Source: a virus. Taken from it: a DNA stretch of 64,000 nt. This document shows positions 18,136 to 26,913 of this stretch, piece after piece. The notes beneath the pieces were generated by a model. It had not been told where the DNA came from and did not search any database. It worked only from the letters and a program-made list of their open reading frames with translations. The stretch is from IMG/VR virus record IMGVR_UViG_3300029258_005088; one strand, given 5' to 3'. Position 1 is the stretch's first letter; every line of letters begins with the position of its first letter. Made by a program: the position numbers and the translations under genes.

Positions 18136-18446
18136 CAGGAGTCCTCCTTCTTGAGGGAGGGCGCCTTCAGCTCCGTCTCCAGCTCCAGTGCGTCTCTGTC
18201 TTCGAACGACAGGATGGTATGACGATGTCCCAGTGGTCGATCATAGATCAGCTGAACATAGGACTTGAGGTCGTGCTCGTTGTCGACGGTAGAGCACCGG
18301 AACGAACCGGTAATCATCCTGTCGACGTCTACATAGTGAATGTGGGTGCCGTCCCAGAACGCGCCCATTCTCTGGCCGTGCTCCGTGTACATGCATCCCG
18401 TGTTCCAAAAGAACCGCTCATCGCGGATTGACTTGAACCCAAACAT
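18135..18446 (-). CDS. hypothetical phage protein
   Basis: Start trimmed to MFGFKS (SD AAGGAG); FWNTGCMYTEHGQRM motif. Confidence 0.75.
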   Translation of the reverse strand: MFGFKSIRDERFFWNTGCMYTEHGQRMGAFWDGTHIHYVDVDRMITGSFRCSTVDNEHDLKSYVQLIYDRPLGHRHTILSFEDRDALELETELKAPSLKKEDS

Positions 18447-18458
18447 TCTTATCTCCTT

Positions 18459-18558
18459 GTGGGCTGGCCCCACTTGGAGCGGACGTTGCTGTGTTCGCCC
18501 GTTTAACTGGTCCACACCGGCTCAGGCCGGCAAACCAAACCAGACCCCTTGCGGGGCA
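18459..18558 (-). ncRNA. candidate structured intergenic RNA (four hairpins)
   Basis: GCCCC-GCAA-GGGGU; CUGGUU..GCCGGC-CUGA-GCCGGU..GACCAG; CGGGCG-10 nt-CGUCCG; GUGGG-GCCAG-CCCAC; folded by eye. Confidence 0.4.
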
Positions 18559-18563
18559 TAAGA

Positions 18564-18821
18564 TTATTCTTCGATTACGTCTACGTGTCGTTTCAGTTCT
18601 TCAAGGGACCCATAGGTCAGATCCCCGTCGGTGTAGGACCCGTCTTCTTGCCGGGTGAAGGCATAGCCATCCTCGGTCCGGATCTTTTTCGGGCACGTCG
18701 GGTATGCGACTTGCCGAATCTCGCTGGCTAGGTCAGGCAGGTACCCTTCCTCATCGAGCTTCTCAGCTACCTCGTTCAGCCAGTCACGGTCTACGACGAC
18801 CTCGTGCTTATCAATGGTCAT
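18564..18821 (-). CDS. hypothetical protein
   Basis: Coupled minus-strand ORF. Confidence 0.7.
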   Translation of the reverse strand: MTIDKHEVVVDRDWLNEVAEKLDEEGYLPDLASEIRQVAYPTCPKKIRTEDGYAFTRQEDGSYTDGDLTYGSLEELKRHVDVIEE

Positions 18822-19204
18822 TCTTCTTCTCCTACGTATTGCTTCTGGAGATCCTCTAGGGATATCCTCAGGTGATTACGGTCTCTCAGCAGGCACCTAC
18901 GATCGCGTGTGTCCAGGAAAAGAGCTATGTATTTGCAACGCCGATTCCTGGTCCAACTCCAGTCCTTGTGCTGGATAAGCTCCAGGATGGTTTCGACCGG
19001 CTGCCATTCGACGGGCGGCTCGAAGAACTCGGCGCGTTTGTCGCTCCAGTCGTCGAGCATGTTCAACAGGCCCTGGAGAGCGTCTTCGCACTTCTTTCCC
19101 ATGGCCTTACACACGTCTGGGTTTAGCAAGGCTTCCACCAGGCGGAGCCTCTGCTTGTCCAGCATCTCGGTGTCGACGTTTTCGATTACGAGTAGATCAC
19201 TCAT
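18818..19204 (-). CDS. hypothetical protein
   Basis: Start trimmed to MSDLLV. Confidence 0.7.
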   Translation of the reverse strand: MSDLLVIENVDTEMLDKQRLRLVEALLNPDVCKAMGKKCEDALQGLLNMLDDWSDKRAEFFEPPVEWQPVETILELIQHKDWSWTRNRRCKYIALFLDTRDRRCLLRDRNHLRISLEDLQKQYVGEEE

Positions 19205-19725
19205 GTCACAAGCTCCTCGGGTTCCCATCTGTACTGCTCATTGGAGTATTTCCACTCCTCTTTGCTGATGAAGAACTGATAGCGGTTGACGAAGTGAAGT
19301 CCTGCGATGATGTGAAGACCATTGCCGGTCTCCACGATCGTCCAGACAGTCTTCCTGTTCTTCTGGGCTTGTACGACCACGGCCGAGAGCTCGTCTCCGT
19401 ATGTTTCCTGGATACCGTCCATGTCAGATGACTCCGAACGGAAATCCGGGTCCCCGTGATACTTCTTGTCGAAGTCGTCCGGGCTTCCGGTCTCCCATGG
19501 CTCCGGGGACTCCTCGTCCATCTTCCAGTCTTCGTCTCCGGGGAACGTTCCGTCGTCTTCCATGACGTCCGAGCCTACCCAGCCATCGTGCTCGTTCAAA
19601 CACAGCATAAAAGCTGCGAGCTCATCAGCAGTGGCGAACTCGTATGTGTCGATCGGACGCTCTTCCTTCGGCCACATCTCGCCCCAGCGGACGGTGATGC
19701 TGAATGGTTTATCTTTCTCTGACAA
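19201..19725 (-). CDS. acidic hypothetical protein
   Basis: TTG start, SD GGAGG. Confidence 0.7.
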   Translation of the reverse strand: MSEKDKPFSITVRWGEMWPKEERPIDTYEFATADELAAFMLCLNEHDGWVGSDVMEDDGTFPGDEDWKMDEESPEPWETGSPDDFDKKYHGDPDFRSESSDMDGIQETYGDELSAVVVQAQKNRKTVWTIVETGNGLHIIAGLHFVNRYQFFISKEEWKYSNEQYRWEPEELVT

Positions 19726-20038
19726 CTAACATGCCCTCCGCTATCGCTGCCGCGATGTCTCTCGCGAGCTTGGCCTGACCACTTCCCGTGGACAGTTCGT
19801 ACTCTTTCGTCTTTATCGTATAAAACCTAGCCGGACGGGCAGCGCAGTAGACCTCTGCCACATCTCCGTCACTCTCGTCTCCTGGCTTGTACACGGCCAC
19901 CAACTCTTCAGGATTCCCATACCGAGACGGTCCGCACCAAGCATCTCCGAAGATACTCCGGTCATTGTCCGAATCGTAAAGGAATGCCAAGGGATCATTC
20001 TGGTTCGACACTTTCAATCTCCTTTTCCGTGCATTCAC
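19709..20038 (-). CDS. hypothetical protein
   Basis: Minus-strand ORF in the array. Confidence 0.7.
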   Translation of the reverse strand: MNARKRRLKVSNQNDPLAFLYDSDNDRSIFGDAWCGPSRYGNPEELVAVYKPGDESDGDVAEVYCAARPARFYTIKTKEYELSTGSGQAKLARDIAAAIAEGMLVVRER

Positions 20039-20528
20039 GGTTCTTCTTGATTGTTTCTATCTGCTCCTTCGTGAGCTGCTTCGAGTAGGGGAAGTTCTCC
20101 AAGGTAGGCACCTCTCCGGACATAGCCGAATCGCAGACATAACTCTGACAAGTCCAGGGACGAGTCCAGTAACACGTGCAGTTCCCGGTCTCTTGATCGA
20201 ATTGATCACAGGTATAGGGGTACTGCGTTATGTAACCTCCTTCTCCGACGGGCTTTCCGTCTTCGTTGACAACGCCTTCCACCGGCTTGAAATGGTCCAT
20301 TCCAAACCGAGCGCTCTCCGTTGCCTTCGCCTGCTCGGATATCCTGATCAGCAAGCACATGCTCGGATCCTCCGTCTTCGACAGAGACTTCAGCAGGCCC
20401 CTCAACTCGGACAGGGCCTCTCTGTATACCGACTCCATCTCCCCATGTTCTACGGGAAGAAACATGAGCTTGCAACAGAATCCCGGACATTCCCTACACA
20501 CGGACACGCCGCTTACCTGAGGCATCAA
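19995..20528 (-). CDS. YkgJ-like Cys-cluster (Zn or Fe-S) protein
   Basis: CRECPGFCC...CDQFD...CTCYWTRPWTC matches the CxxCxxCC..C..C..RPxxC pattern. Confidence 0.8.
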   Translation of the reverse strand: MMPQVSGVSVCRECPGFCCKLMFLPVEHGEMESVYREALSELRGLLKSLSKTEDPSMCLLIRISEQAKATESARFGMDHFKPVEGVVNEDGKPVGEGGYITQYPYTCDQFDQETGNCTCYWTRPWTCQSYVCDSAMSGEVPTLENFPYSKQLTKEQIETIKKNRECTEKEIESVEPE

Positions 20529-21175
20529 CGACTCTCCTGCAGATAGTTGGACGGCCTACGAGGACTGTCCGTCTCGTGCTGCTTGTTATACTCCTCGATC
20601 GCTGTCTTGATAGCGTCGTACTCCCTCTGGTCGATGATCATCGGGATGTTGTCGAGCTTTCCGAAAGCGTTCTGGACGTTGAAGTGGACGTCTCCCTTGG
20701 AGTCCGTCCAGACTCTGGGAGTCGCCGATTCCACGTTGGTGCCGCTGTGCAGGGTGACGTCTTTCTTCTCCACCGAGGTGGTGAACGAGTCTCCCATGCT
20801 GTAACGCCTGCTCTTGTTCCTGTCGGCGAACTCCACGCCTCTATGCGACTGCATAACGATCTGGATCACGTACCAGGTGTCATGAGGCTTGTCCGGGCGG
20901 CTGCCCTTCATCCTCACGAGGATCTGCAGGTACCGTCCGTTTCCTACCTCTGCAGGTATGAGTTCGTTGACTGCTTCCGAGAGCGCGTTCTGCACTCCAG
21001 GCAGGTTGGTGTTCATGATCATGAACGAAGGCTTCCTCTCGGCCGCCTTTTGTCTGCAGTACTCCTCGGCCTCCGGATCGTTGTCCAGCATATACTTCGG
21101 GCAATACTTCGTATCCAGGACGTCGTCCACCGTAGTCGCTTTCAGTCTTCCGCACTCAGGACATTCCTTACTCAT
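20525..21175 (-). CDS. hypothetical protein with N-terminal CxxC
   Basis: Start trimmed to MSKECPECG. Confidence 0.7.
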   Translation of the reverse strand: MSKECPECGRLKATTVDDVLDTKYCPKYMLDNDPEAEEYCRQKAAERKPSFMIMNTNLPGVQNALSEAVNELIPAEVGNGRYLQILVRMKGSRPDKPHDTWYVIQIVMQSHRGVEFADRNKSRRYSMGDSFTTSVEKKDVTLHSGTNVESATPRVWTDSKGDVHFNVQNAFGKLDNIPMIIDQREYDAIKTAIEEYNKQHETDSPRRPSNYLQESR

Positions 21176-21711
21176 GAGTCCTCCAATTCTGAACACGTAT
21201 TCAGTTTTACGACGGCATACGCGATGTGGTTGATTCTACTGGTTCGGTAGCCCTTCTTCTCCAGTGCTTCGCCGAACTTCCTGACGTTATCCGTCTCGAG
21301 GTAGTTGTGGTTCAGCAGAGGAGCGAAGTCCCCGCCGTCACACATCACCACGCAACGCGCCTCTTCCGGAATGGGCAGGCAATTGTCGAGGAACGCCTCA
21401 AGCTCCAGCTCCTTGTACTGGTCGATGGTGAAGAACGCTTTGCATCCTCCCGTCCAAATACCCTCTTCGCTAATGGATTCGGCGGCCTCTCTTGTGATGA
21501 GCGCCGCTGTATTGGCCTCGGCATCTCCGATGTTACAGCAAAGATCCTTCTCGTTGTCGATCTCCGACATGATCCGTGCGACGTCATCGGTATGAGCGAA
21601 CAGCTTCTGATCCGTGGTGATCTTGAACGGGATCTTATCCTTGGTCTCCAATTCCACCAACATGTAGTCGACGGGCTTGAGGTCCCTATACGTCAACAGA
21701 ACGTACTTCAT
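21172..21711 (-). CDS. hypothetical protein
   Basis: Start trimmed to MKYVLL. Confidence 0.7.
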   Translation of the reverse strand: MKYVLLTYRDLKPVDYMLVELETKDKIPFKITTDQKLFAHTDDVARIMSEIDNEKDLCCNIGDAEANTAALITREAAESISEEGIWTGGCKAFFTIDQYKELELEAFLDNCLPIPEEARCVVMCDGGDFAPLLNHNYLETDNVRKFGEALEKKGYRTSRINHIAYAVVKLNTCSELEDS

Positions 21712-21940
21712 CTTGTAGCTCCTTGATTCGTGCGTCACGCACTTCGTTGAACAGTCTGGAACTGCAGTGGCCCGAGAACATCGGGAACTCGCAGTCCTTC
21801 TCCACCTCCACGATCTGGTCGTGGATGGCACACATGTTGTCCTCGGTCAGTTGCTTGCATCTCTTTCGATCGATATCCCACGTCCCATAAGGACATGCGC
21901 AACGAGTACAACACCATCCGCAGTTCACGCACCCAATCAT
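21686..21940 (-). CDS. second YkgJ-like Cys-cluster protein (short)
   Basis: MIGCVNCGWCCTRCAC...CKQL...CAIH...C; ATGA overlap. Confidence 0.75.
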   Translation of the reverse strand: MIGCVNCGWCCTRCACPYGTWDIDRKRCKQLTEDNMCAIHDQIVEVEKDCEFPMFSGHCSSRLFNEVRDARIKELQDEVRSVDV

Positions 21941-22170
21941 CTTCTCGTCCTGGGTATCTCCCCCGTCTTCAGGAACTTGTCCAGATCTTTCTGGGCCTTG
22001 TTCTCGTGGGAGTAGTAATCCGTTTCTCTGGTCCACGGCCCGCAGTTGTCGCAGTAGTATCCAAGGTAGTATCCCGCGGAACTCCTGCACACCTGCAGAG
22101 GCATCATGCCTTTGCAATCCATGCATTCCACCTCCTTGTGGAAGCCTCCTGTATCTCCTGGTATCGCCAT
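21937..22170 (-). CDS. small Cys-containing phage protein
   Basis: CMDC...SSAGYYLGYYCDNCGPWTRETDYY; recalls a widespread small mobile-element family. Confidence 0.8.
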   Translation of the reverse strand: MAIPGDTGGFHKEVECMDCKGMMPLQVCRSSAGYYLGYYCDNCGPWTRETDYYSHENKAQKDLDKFLKTGEIPRTRR

Positions 22171-22171
22171 G

Positions 22172-22483
22172 TCACTCTCCTTCTTCGGTATGCTGCTTGG
22201 CGACCCACTGCCAGTAGCCGGTGCTGGTGTCGTTTTTCTGGACAGAGTGTACCCAGTCCTCTCTAGGAAACTCCGGGTGTGCGGCCCACCATCCGTACTT
22301 CTCGATAAGCTTCAGCTCTTCGATGCGTTCGCGGACGCCGTCCATGATCCTGTCGATATCTTCCTCGTGCGGCGTCTCCTTGACGCCTGGGTGACAGGGC
22401 ATGCGCTCCTTCAAACTCTTGGAAGCATAGCTCTCCAAATAGTCCCGTACATAATCAAACACACCTTGGGGTATGTCCATCAA
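22172..22483 (-). CDS. hypothetical protein
   Basis: HPEFPREDW...TGYWQWV segment; coupled. Confidence 0.75.
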   Translation of the reverse strand: MMDIPQGVFDYVRDYLESYASKSLKERMPCHPGVKETPHEEDIDRIMDGVRERIEELKLIEKYGWWAAHPEFPREDWVHSVQKNDTSTGYWQWVAKQHTEEGE

Positions 22484-22680
22484 TCCACCTCCTCGTAGTC
22501 AAGTCCGTCTTTCTTGGCGGCCAACCACGCCGGAATGCGACACTCGTAGGAGTCGTCTGCATCCCTGCGCTGGTAGCTGATCTGTGATTTCGGGAGCCAG
22601 AACTCCCCTTCGTCCTGCTTGATGAGGACGGCCGCTTCGCTTTCTCTCACGAAGCGGCCTTCGACTTTTGCCTGTGCCAT
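22480..22680 (-). CDS. small hypothetical phage protein
   Basis: SEAAVLI...WLPKSQI...IPAWLA motif. Confidence 0.75.
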   Translation of the reverse strand: MAQAKVEGRFVRESEAAVLIKQDEGEFWLPKSQISYQRRDADDSYECRIPAWLAAKKDGLDYEEVD

Positions 22681-23012
22681 CAGGACTGGAGGTACGCCAC
22701 GTCTTTCTTGTGACGTAGTTGGAATGCTTCTTCACGGGTGAGTCCGACGAACTCACTGGGGCTGAAGCTGATTTCATCCGGATAATACTGGAAGAGCTCT
22801 TCCTTCTCCCCGTCTTCATACACCACCGTCACGCGAGGCATGGGGCCGAACATCGACTCAGGCATCTTGCCTGTGTCTGCCGACACGATCTTGCGATCCT
22901 TGCGGAGCTGCTCCTGTGCCGCTTCCACGGCTTTCTTCGTGTCTTCCAGAGAACCGCCCACGAACGCGTCATGGATCTTGTCGATGTGTTTTTCTGCTTC
23001 TGCTCTTGTCAT
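22680..23012 (-). CDS. hypothetical phage protein
   Basis: LFQYYPDEISF...EFVGLT motif. Confidence 0.8.
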   Translation of the reverse strand: MTRAEAEKHIDKIHDAFVGGSLEDTKKAVEAAQEQLRKDRKIVSADTGKMPESMFGPMPRVTVVYEDGEKEELFQYYPDEISFSPSEFVGLTREEAFQLRHKKDVAYLQS

Positions 23013-23028
23013 GGTTCTATCCTTCTGG

Positions 23029-23205
23029 TTAGTCTGTGTGGCAGCACTTCACTGCCTTTCTCTTGTCCTCGTGCCACGTACTGCAGTGAGCACAGGCCCA
23101 TCCCTTCTGGATGCGCCAGGCACAACAGCGCATGGCCTGGAGCTTGGTGTTCTTCTGTTCCATACAGCACGCGCAAAAGAACACTCGCTTAGCCCTGCCT
23201 TTCAT
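23029..23205 (-). CDS. 58-aa Cys-rich protein, not in track
   Basis: MKGRAKRVFFCACCMEQKNTKLQAMRCCAWRIQKGWACAHCSTWHEDKRKAVKCCHTD; SD AGGAGG. Confidence 0.75.
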   Translation of the reverse strand: MKGRAKRVFFCACCMEQKNTKLQAMRCCAWRIQKGWACAHCSTWHEDKRKAVKCCHTD

Positions 23206-23224
23206 GGGTCCTCCTGCTTAAATT

Positions 23225-23243
23225 AAAAAGGGCGCCTAGCCCT
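23225..23243 (-). terminator. short terminator-like hairpin
   Basis: AGGGC-UAGGC-GCCCU then U4; contains the upstream stop codon. Confidence 0.5.
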
Positions 23244-23472
23244 CGTCGCCGATCAACTCGGCTAGTTCGTTCTTGGCGGATTCGATCTCGTCACGCTTCT
23301 CTTGCAAGATGTAGACGTTCTCTTCCATTTCAGCCGCACGTTGCTCCATAGATTCGGGAACGTTGTCTGCGGCTTCCTGCTCTTCATCAGCGATCTCGTC
23401 CAAAGCCTGGTAGGCCTCGTCCAGATGTGCGATGACTCTCTTACGGATTTGGGCGCGTCTTTCGTCGTTCAT
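23236..23472 (-). CDS. small coiled-coil phage protein
   Basis: MNDERRAQI...EEQEAADNVPES; SD AGGAG. Confidence 0.8.
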   Translation of the reverse strand: MNDERRAQIRKRVIAHLDEAYQALDEIADEEQEAADNVPESMEQRAAEMEENVYILQEKRDEIESAKNELAELIGDEG

Positions 23473-23490
23473 ATAATCTCCTAGGGGATG

Positions 23491-23517
23491 AAAAAAGACC
23501 GGCCTAAATAACCGGTC
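23491..23517 (-). terminator. intrinsic terminator
   Basis: GACCGGUU-AUUUA-GGCCGGUC-U6. Confidence 0.85.
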
Positions 23518-23544
23518 CTGGATATGGTAGGGCTTATCGCCCTA
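23491..23544 (-). ncRNA. candidate ~55-nt small RNA or attenuator leader
   Basis: Predicted +1 near 23543; 5' hairpin AGGGC-GAUAA-GCCCU, linker ACCAUAUCCA, then terminator. Confidence 0.5.
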
Positions 23545-23550
23545 TGCTAG

Positions 23551-23579
23551 ACAATACTCTTCTTGTCGGCCGTAGTCAA
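23551..23579 (-). promoter_or_regulatory. sigma70-like promoter
   Basis: TTGACT-17 bp-TATTGT, fully intergenic. Confidence 0.7.
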
Positions 23580-23581
23580 TA

Positions 23582-24895
23582 TCAAGGCTTCTTTATTGAC
23601 GACGACAGCTCTCCTGACAACGGCCGCAGTACGTCGGTTATGTCCTTGAACACCTCGTCTCTGTCTTTCAACGTCTTCGCAATCTCGGGAATGATGGCAT
23701 ACATGCCTTCGAACCTCTCGTGGATGGTTCCGAGACACCTCATGTCCTCGTCCGAGACAGCGGGACTGTCGACGACCTGCTGCAGAGCGTCTACCACCTT
23801 CTGCTGCTCGGCCAGTTTCTTCTTTTCCTCCTCCAGCATGGCCGGAGCCTTGGAGTGCACCTCTACGTCATGCGCTATCTCGTCTATGAATGCCTGGCAT
23901 GCGGCATGCTCCTTCTTGAAAGAAGCCATGTCCGAGGGAATAGGCTTCGTCAGATCCAGTCCGTCATATGGCTTCTTCTCTTCCGAAGTCTCCTGCGCCT
24001 CTCCGTTCGCGCACTTCGCCGCTATCTCCCGGGAGACGACCTTGCTCAGGACGTCGGAGAAAGGCGTGATGTCTTTCCATATGAAAGAACTGCCGACCCT
24101 GTTCCTGACCATGGGCTTGAGCCCTTGCATCGTCTCGACGTCGAGAACGAGATCACCGCCGGGATTCACCTCCCTCGGCTCGTCCGAAGACACGTTCCAT
24201 GCTTTCTCGGCTATCCTTTTGGCTTCCTTTGAGTGCCCGGAGGGATGCTCCCCTACGTTCAGTCTCCACAGGTAACGGTCGGGTACCCGGAACTTTCGGG
24301 TATCTTCGGGAAACAAGGTCGAGTACAGTTTCTGGAGATTCCCAGGAGTGGCGTAAGCCCCCTCGAACCTGGGACTCACAACCATGAGAGCCTCGTTGCT
24401 AGGAGTCGACGCGCCTACCAAGTTCGCCTCCACTACCTCGGCTACGTGGAAGTACTGACCATCCGTTATGTAGATCTTCACTCCCTTTCCCGGGAACCGG
24501 TAGTTTATTCTTTCCTTCTCATACTTGCTTATTGCCTTGCCGCCTTCCTTGAACGACAACACTATGGCGGAAAGGACGCACTTCGCCCTGCCCTCGGAAA
24601 CCTCGTTGTCCGAGAAATAACTCCGGATATCCTCGAGTATGGCAAGGGCACTCTTCAGGCGCACGCCTATAAGAGACAGGAACAATCCCTCTCCCAGAGG
24701 TCCTTCCTCAATTTCCTCTATGCGCTTGTCCAGCTTCCCGGTTCTCTTACCGGTTATCGTATGGACGCATACGTCGGCGAAGTCCCTGAACGTCTTGTCC
24801 GCGACTCCGCCATCCACGCAACCGGCCACGTACCCGGCTATCTGGGTCCATAGTTCGCTGCACCTCTGTGCCTTCTGTTTGTCTACCTCAGTCAT
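23582..24895 (-). CDS. 437-aa hypothetical protein, helical C-terminus
   Basis: SD AAAGGAG after a terminator; no motif recognised. Confidence 0.85.
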   Translation of the reverse strand: MTEVDKQKAQRCSELWTQIAGYVAGCVDGGVADKTFRDFADVCVHTITGKRTGKLDKRIEEIEEGPLGEGLFLSLIGVRLKSALAILEDIRSYFSDNEVSEGRAKCVLSAIVLSFKEGGKAISKYEKERINYRFPGKGVKIYITDGQYFHVAEVVEANLVGASTPSNEALMVVSPRFEGAYATPGNLQKLYSTLFPEDTRKFRVPDRYLWRLNVGEHPSGHSKEAKRIAEKAWNVSSDEPREVNPGGDLVLDVETMQGLKPMVRNRVGSSFIWKDITPFSDVLSKVVSREIAAKCANGEAQETSEEKKPYDGLDLTKPIPSDMASFKKEHAACQAFIDEIAHDVEVHSKAPAMLEEEKKKLAEQQKVVDALQQVVDSPAVSDEDMRCLGTIHERFEGMYAIIPEIAKTLKDRDEVFKDITDVLRPLSGELSSSIKKP

Positions 24896-24913
24896 GTTTT
24901 CTCCTTTCGATTA

Positions 24914-24944
24914 AAAGGGCCGCCGGCACTGAACCGACGGCCCC
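24914..24944 (-). terminator. intrinsic terminator
   Basis: GGGCCGUCGG-UUCAGUG-CCGGCGGCCC-UUUU. Confidence 0.8.
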
Positions 24945-24968
24945 TCGGATGGTGGGACGTAAAACGTC

Positions 24969-25640
24969 TTATGCAAGTGCGTCACGCAACCGAGAAGCTA
25001 CCTCCGGATGCGTCTTGGTGATGTCGTCCACGATCGTGTGGACCTTCTTGAGCTTTTCGCAGGCCTGGACGGTTTTCCGCATATCCATGACTTGTATCGG
25101 ATGCTTCTTGCGGTAGTACAGCTTCAACAGATCCTCTACCGTGTCCTTTCCGTAGGCCATACGGTAGTCGGTGTTGATCCACTCCGGATTCTCCATCAGA
25201 GCGTCGGTAAGCTGCTCGCAGAACTTCATGACCTCGTCCAGAAAGATCCTGCTCATCCAATAATCCGGATCCTTGCTGTAGTGGTGCCTCGTGAACAGGC
25301 CGGCGGCGTCCATGAAGAAGCCCTCGACAAATCTGGAATCCTCGACTGCCAGGTTCTTCTGCGGGGGTTGGTTTCCCCACAACGACTCGGACATTTCCCG
25401 AACGAGTACCGTCAGTACTTCGTAGTCGATGACCTCGTGCTTTCTTCCGAGCCATGCCGGCTTCTTCACCTCCAGATCCGCAAGAGGACCGAGGTCTTCT
25501 AGCAACGCCTCCATCGCCGTACTGAGAGCGATGGTTACGGAAGAATCCTTCGCATCGCTCTCCTCGAGGTGCTGTGCCCTTACCAGGCTCTTTGCCGCCT
25601 TTTCTATCGCTTCGTTTATCGTTACCATACTTTTATCCAC
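24969..25640 (-). CDS. hypothetical protein
   Basis: GTG start, SD GGAG. Confidence 0.75.
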   Translation of the reverse strand: MDKSMVTINEAIEKAAKSLVRAQHLEESDAKDSSVTIALSTAMEALLEDLGPLADLEVKKPAWLGRKHEVIDYEVLTVLVREMSESLWGNQPPQKNLAVEDSRFVEGFFMDAAGLFTRHHYSKDPDYWMSRIFLDEVMKFCEQLTDALMENPEWINTDYRMAYGKDTVEDLLKLYYRKKHPIQVMDMRKTVQACEKLKKVHTIVDDITKTHPEVASRLRDALA

Positions 25641-25837
25641 TCCAGTGGGTTTTCTGTCATCTGTTTGATGGCCTCCTTGGCCTGCTCCTCGCTGTGCCCG
25701 TAGCTCACCAGCTCATCCACTACGGCGCCCACGCTATGGCGGACGACGTAGGTATTGAACGGAGGAACCACGGTGGCACTGCGAATCTCGGTGTCTCCGT
25801 CTTCGTGGACGTACACCAGATATATATCTTTGCTCAT
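25622..25837 (-). CDS. small hypothetical protein
   Basis: SD AAGGAG; ATGA overlap. Confidence 0.7.
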   Translation of the reverse strand: MSKDIYLVYVHEDGDTEIRSATVVPPFNTYVVRHSVGAVVDELVSYGHSEEQAKEAIKQMTENPLEWIKVW

Positions 25838-26913
25838 TTGGACTCCTTCATTTCCATCAGCTCTTCGTACCTTCCGATTATGTCTCGAGGAAGGAGGTAT
25901 TGGCAGTTCAGCTTCAGAACGGTATGCAGCATGGCGCGCATTCGGGCAAGCTGCCCTGCCTGCTCCATGGTCGGCACCTGGGTGGGCCAGCCCTTGGTAT
26001 ACTGCATCTCGACTGGAATGGCATCGGACGCTTCCCTGCGCATGGAGGACTTGTGCTTAACCTCCGCTATGATCTCATGGGAGAACGGGCCCAGGAAGGA
26101 CGGCTGCCTTTCACAGAGCCAGTCGTTCGGCTTGAAGCTGAACGAGGATCTTATCTCCAGATCTATCAGCCTCTTGTACGAAGCGTGATTTCCCTGACAG
26201 GCCAATGCCGCCAAGTGGTCGGAGTTAGTGGCCAGTACGCAGTACGCACAGCTCAACCGATCGGATCCGTACTCCGTGTACGCCGGATGAAGCGGTAGAC
26301 CGGCCTCCTTGTGAACTTCGAATACGTCGTCAACCGTATAGTCCAGTATGGGATTCCACTGCCAGCCACGCGTGCCTTTGGTCTTCACTTTCAGTGTCGA
26401 CATCTCGCTCAGGACAGGCTTCTTCGCCCTTCCCGTGCTCTCCTGCTTCCGAATTCCTACCAGGTTCAGTATGTCCCTTCCGGGAAACATCTTCTTCAGG
26501 GCGGCTACTATGGGCGCTACCTTCAGTTCTCCCGTGCAGAAGCGCCACTGAGAGTTGGACCATGGCGTGATAAGCTTGACGCAGCTCATCTCCTCGAACC
26601 GCTTCACGTTGTCTTCCCATCGCTGCTCCCACCTGTCCACCATATCGCCTTTAGTACGACGCACGATCTTCAGCTGGGTGCCTGCATGGGCGTTCTGGAG
26701 CCTGACCCACTCCGGGGTCTGCGGCCAGTCTATTATCCCTAGATCCGCATGGAAGCATATCCTGCTCTCCATGGGATGTCCTACCTCGTCCAGCCATTGC
26801 GATACCTCGTGCACCATAGTGCCCGAGTCCTTGCCTCCGGATATTCCAAAAGCGACAACGGCGTTGTTTCGGACGAGCTCTATGACTTCAGGCGTCAGAC
26901 TCAGCTTCCTCAT
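25834..26913 (-). CDS. PP-loop PAPS-reductase-family protein 1 (DndC/SspD-like type)
   Basis: ISGGKDS PP-loop, HADLG, RFCTGELK, GIRKQES..RA, WNPI, RLSCAYC; start trimmed to MRKLSL. Confidence 0.9.
   Translation of the reverse strand: MRKLSLTPEVIELVRNNAVVAFGISGGKDSGTMVHEVSQWLDEVGHPMESRICFHADLGIIDWPQTPEWVRLQNAHAGTQLKIVRRTKGDMVDRWEQRWEDNVKRFEEMSCVKLITPWSNSQWRFCTGELKVAPIVAALKKMFPGRDILNLVGIRKQESTGRAKKPVLSEMSTLKVKTKGTRGWQWNPILDYTVDDVFEVHKEAGLPLHPAYTEYGSDRLSCAYCVLATNSDHLAALACQGNHASYKRLIDLEIRSSFSFKPNDWLCERQPSFLGPFSHEIIAEVKHKSSMRREASDAIPVEMQYTKGWPTQVPTMEQAGQLARMRAMLHTVLKLNCQYLLPRDIIGRYEELMEMKESK

Noticed and set aside
18529-18536. GGCAAACC resembling the c-di-GMP-I riboswitch
   Set aside because: It is on the non-transcribed strand and lacks the following GNRA stem and the second conserved block.
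24945-25000. Promoter upstream of the 24914 terminator
   Set aside because: No -35/-10 pair at 16-18 bp spacing found, so it is treated only as a terminator with a C-rich linker.
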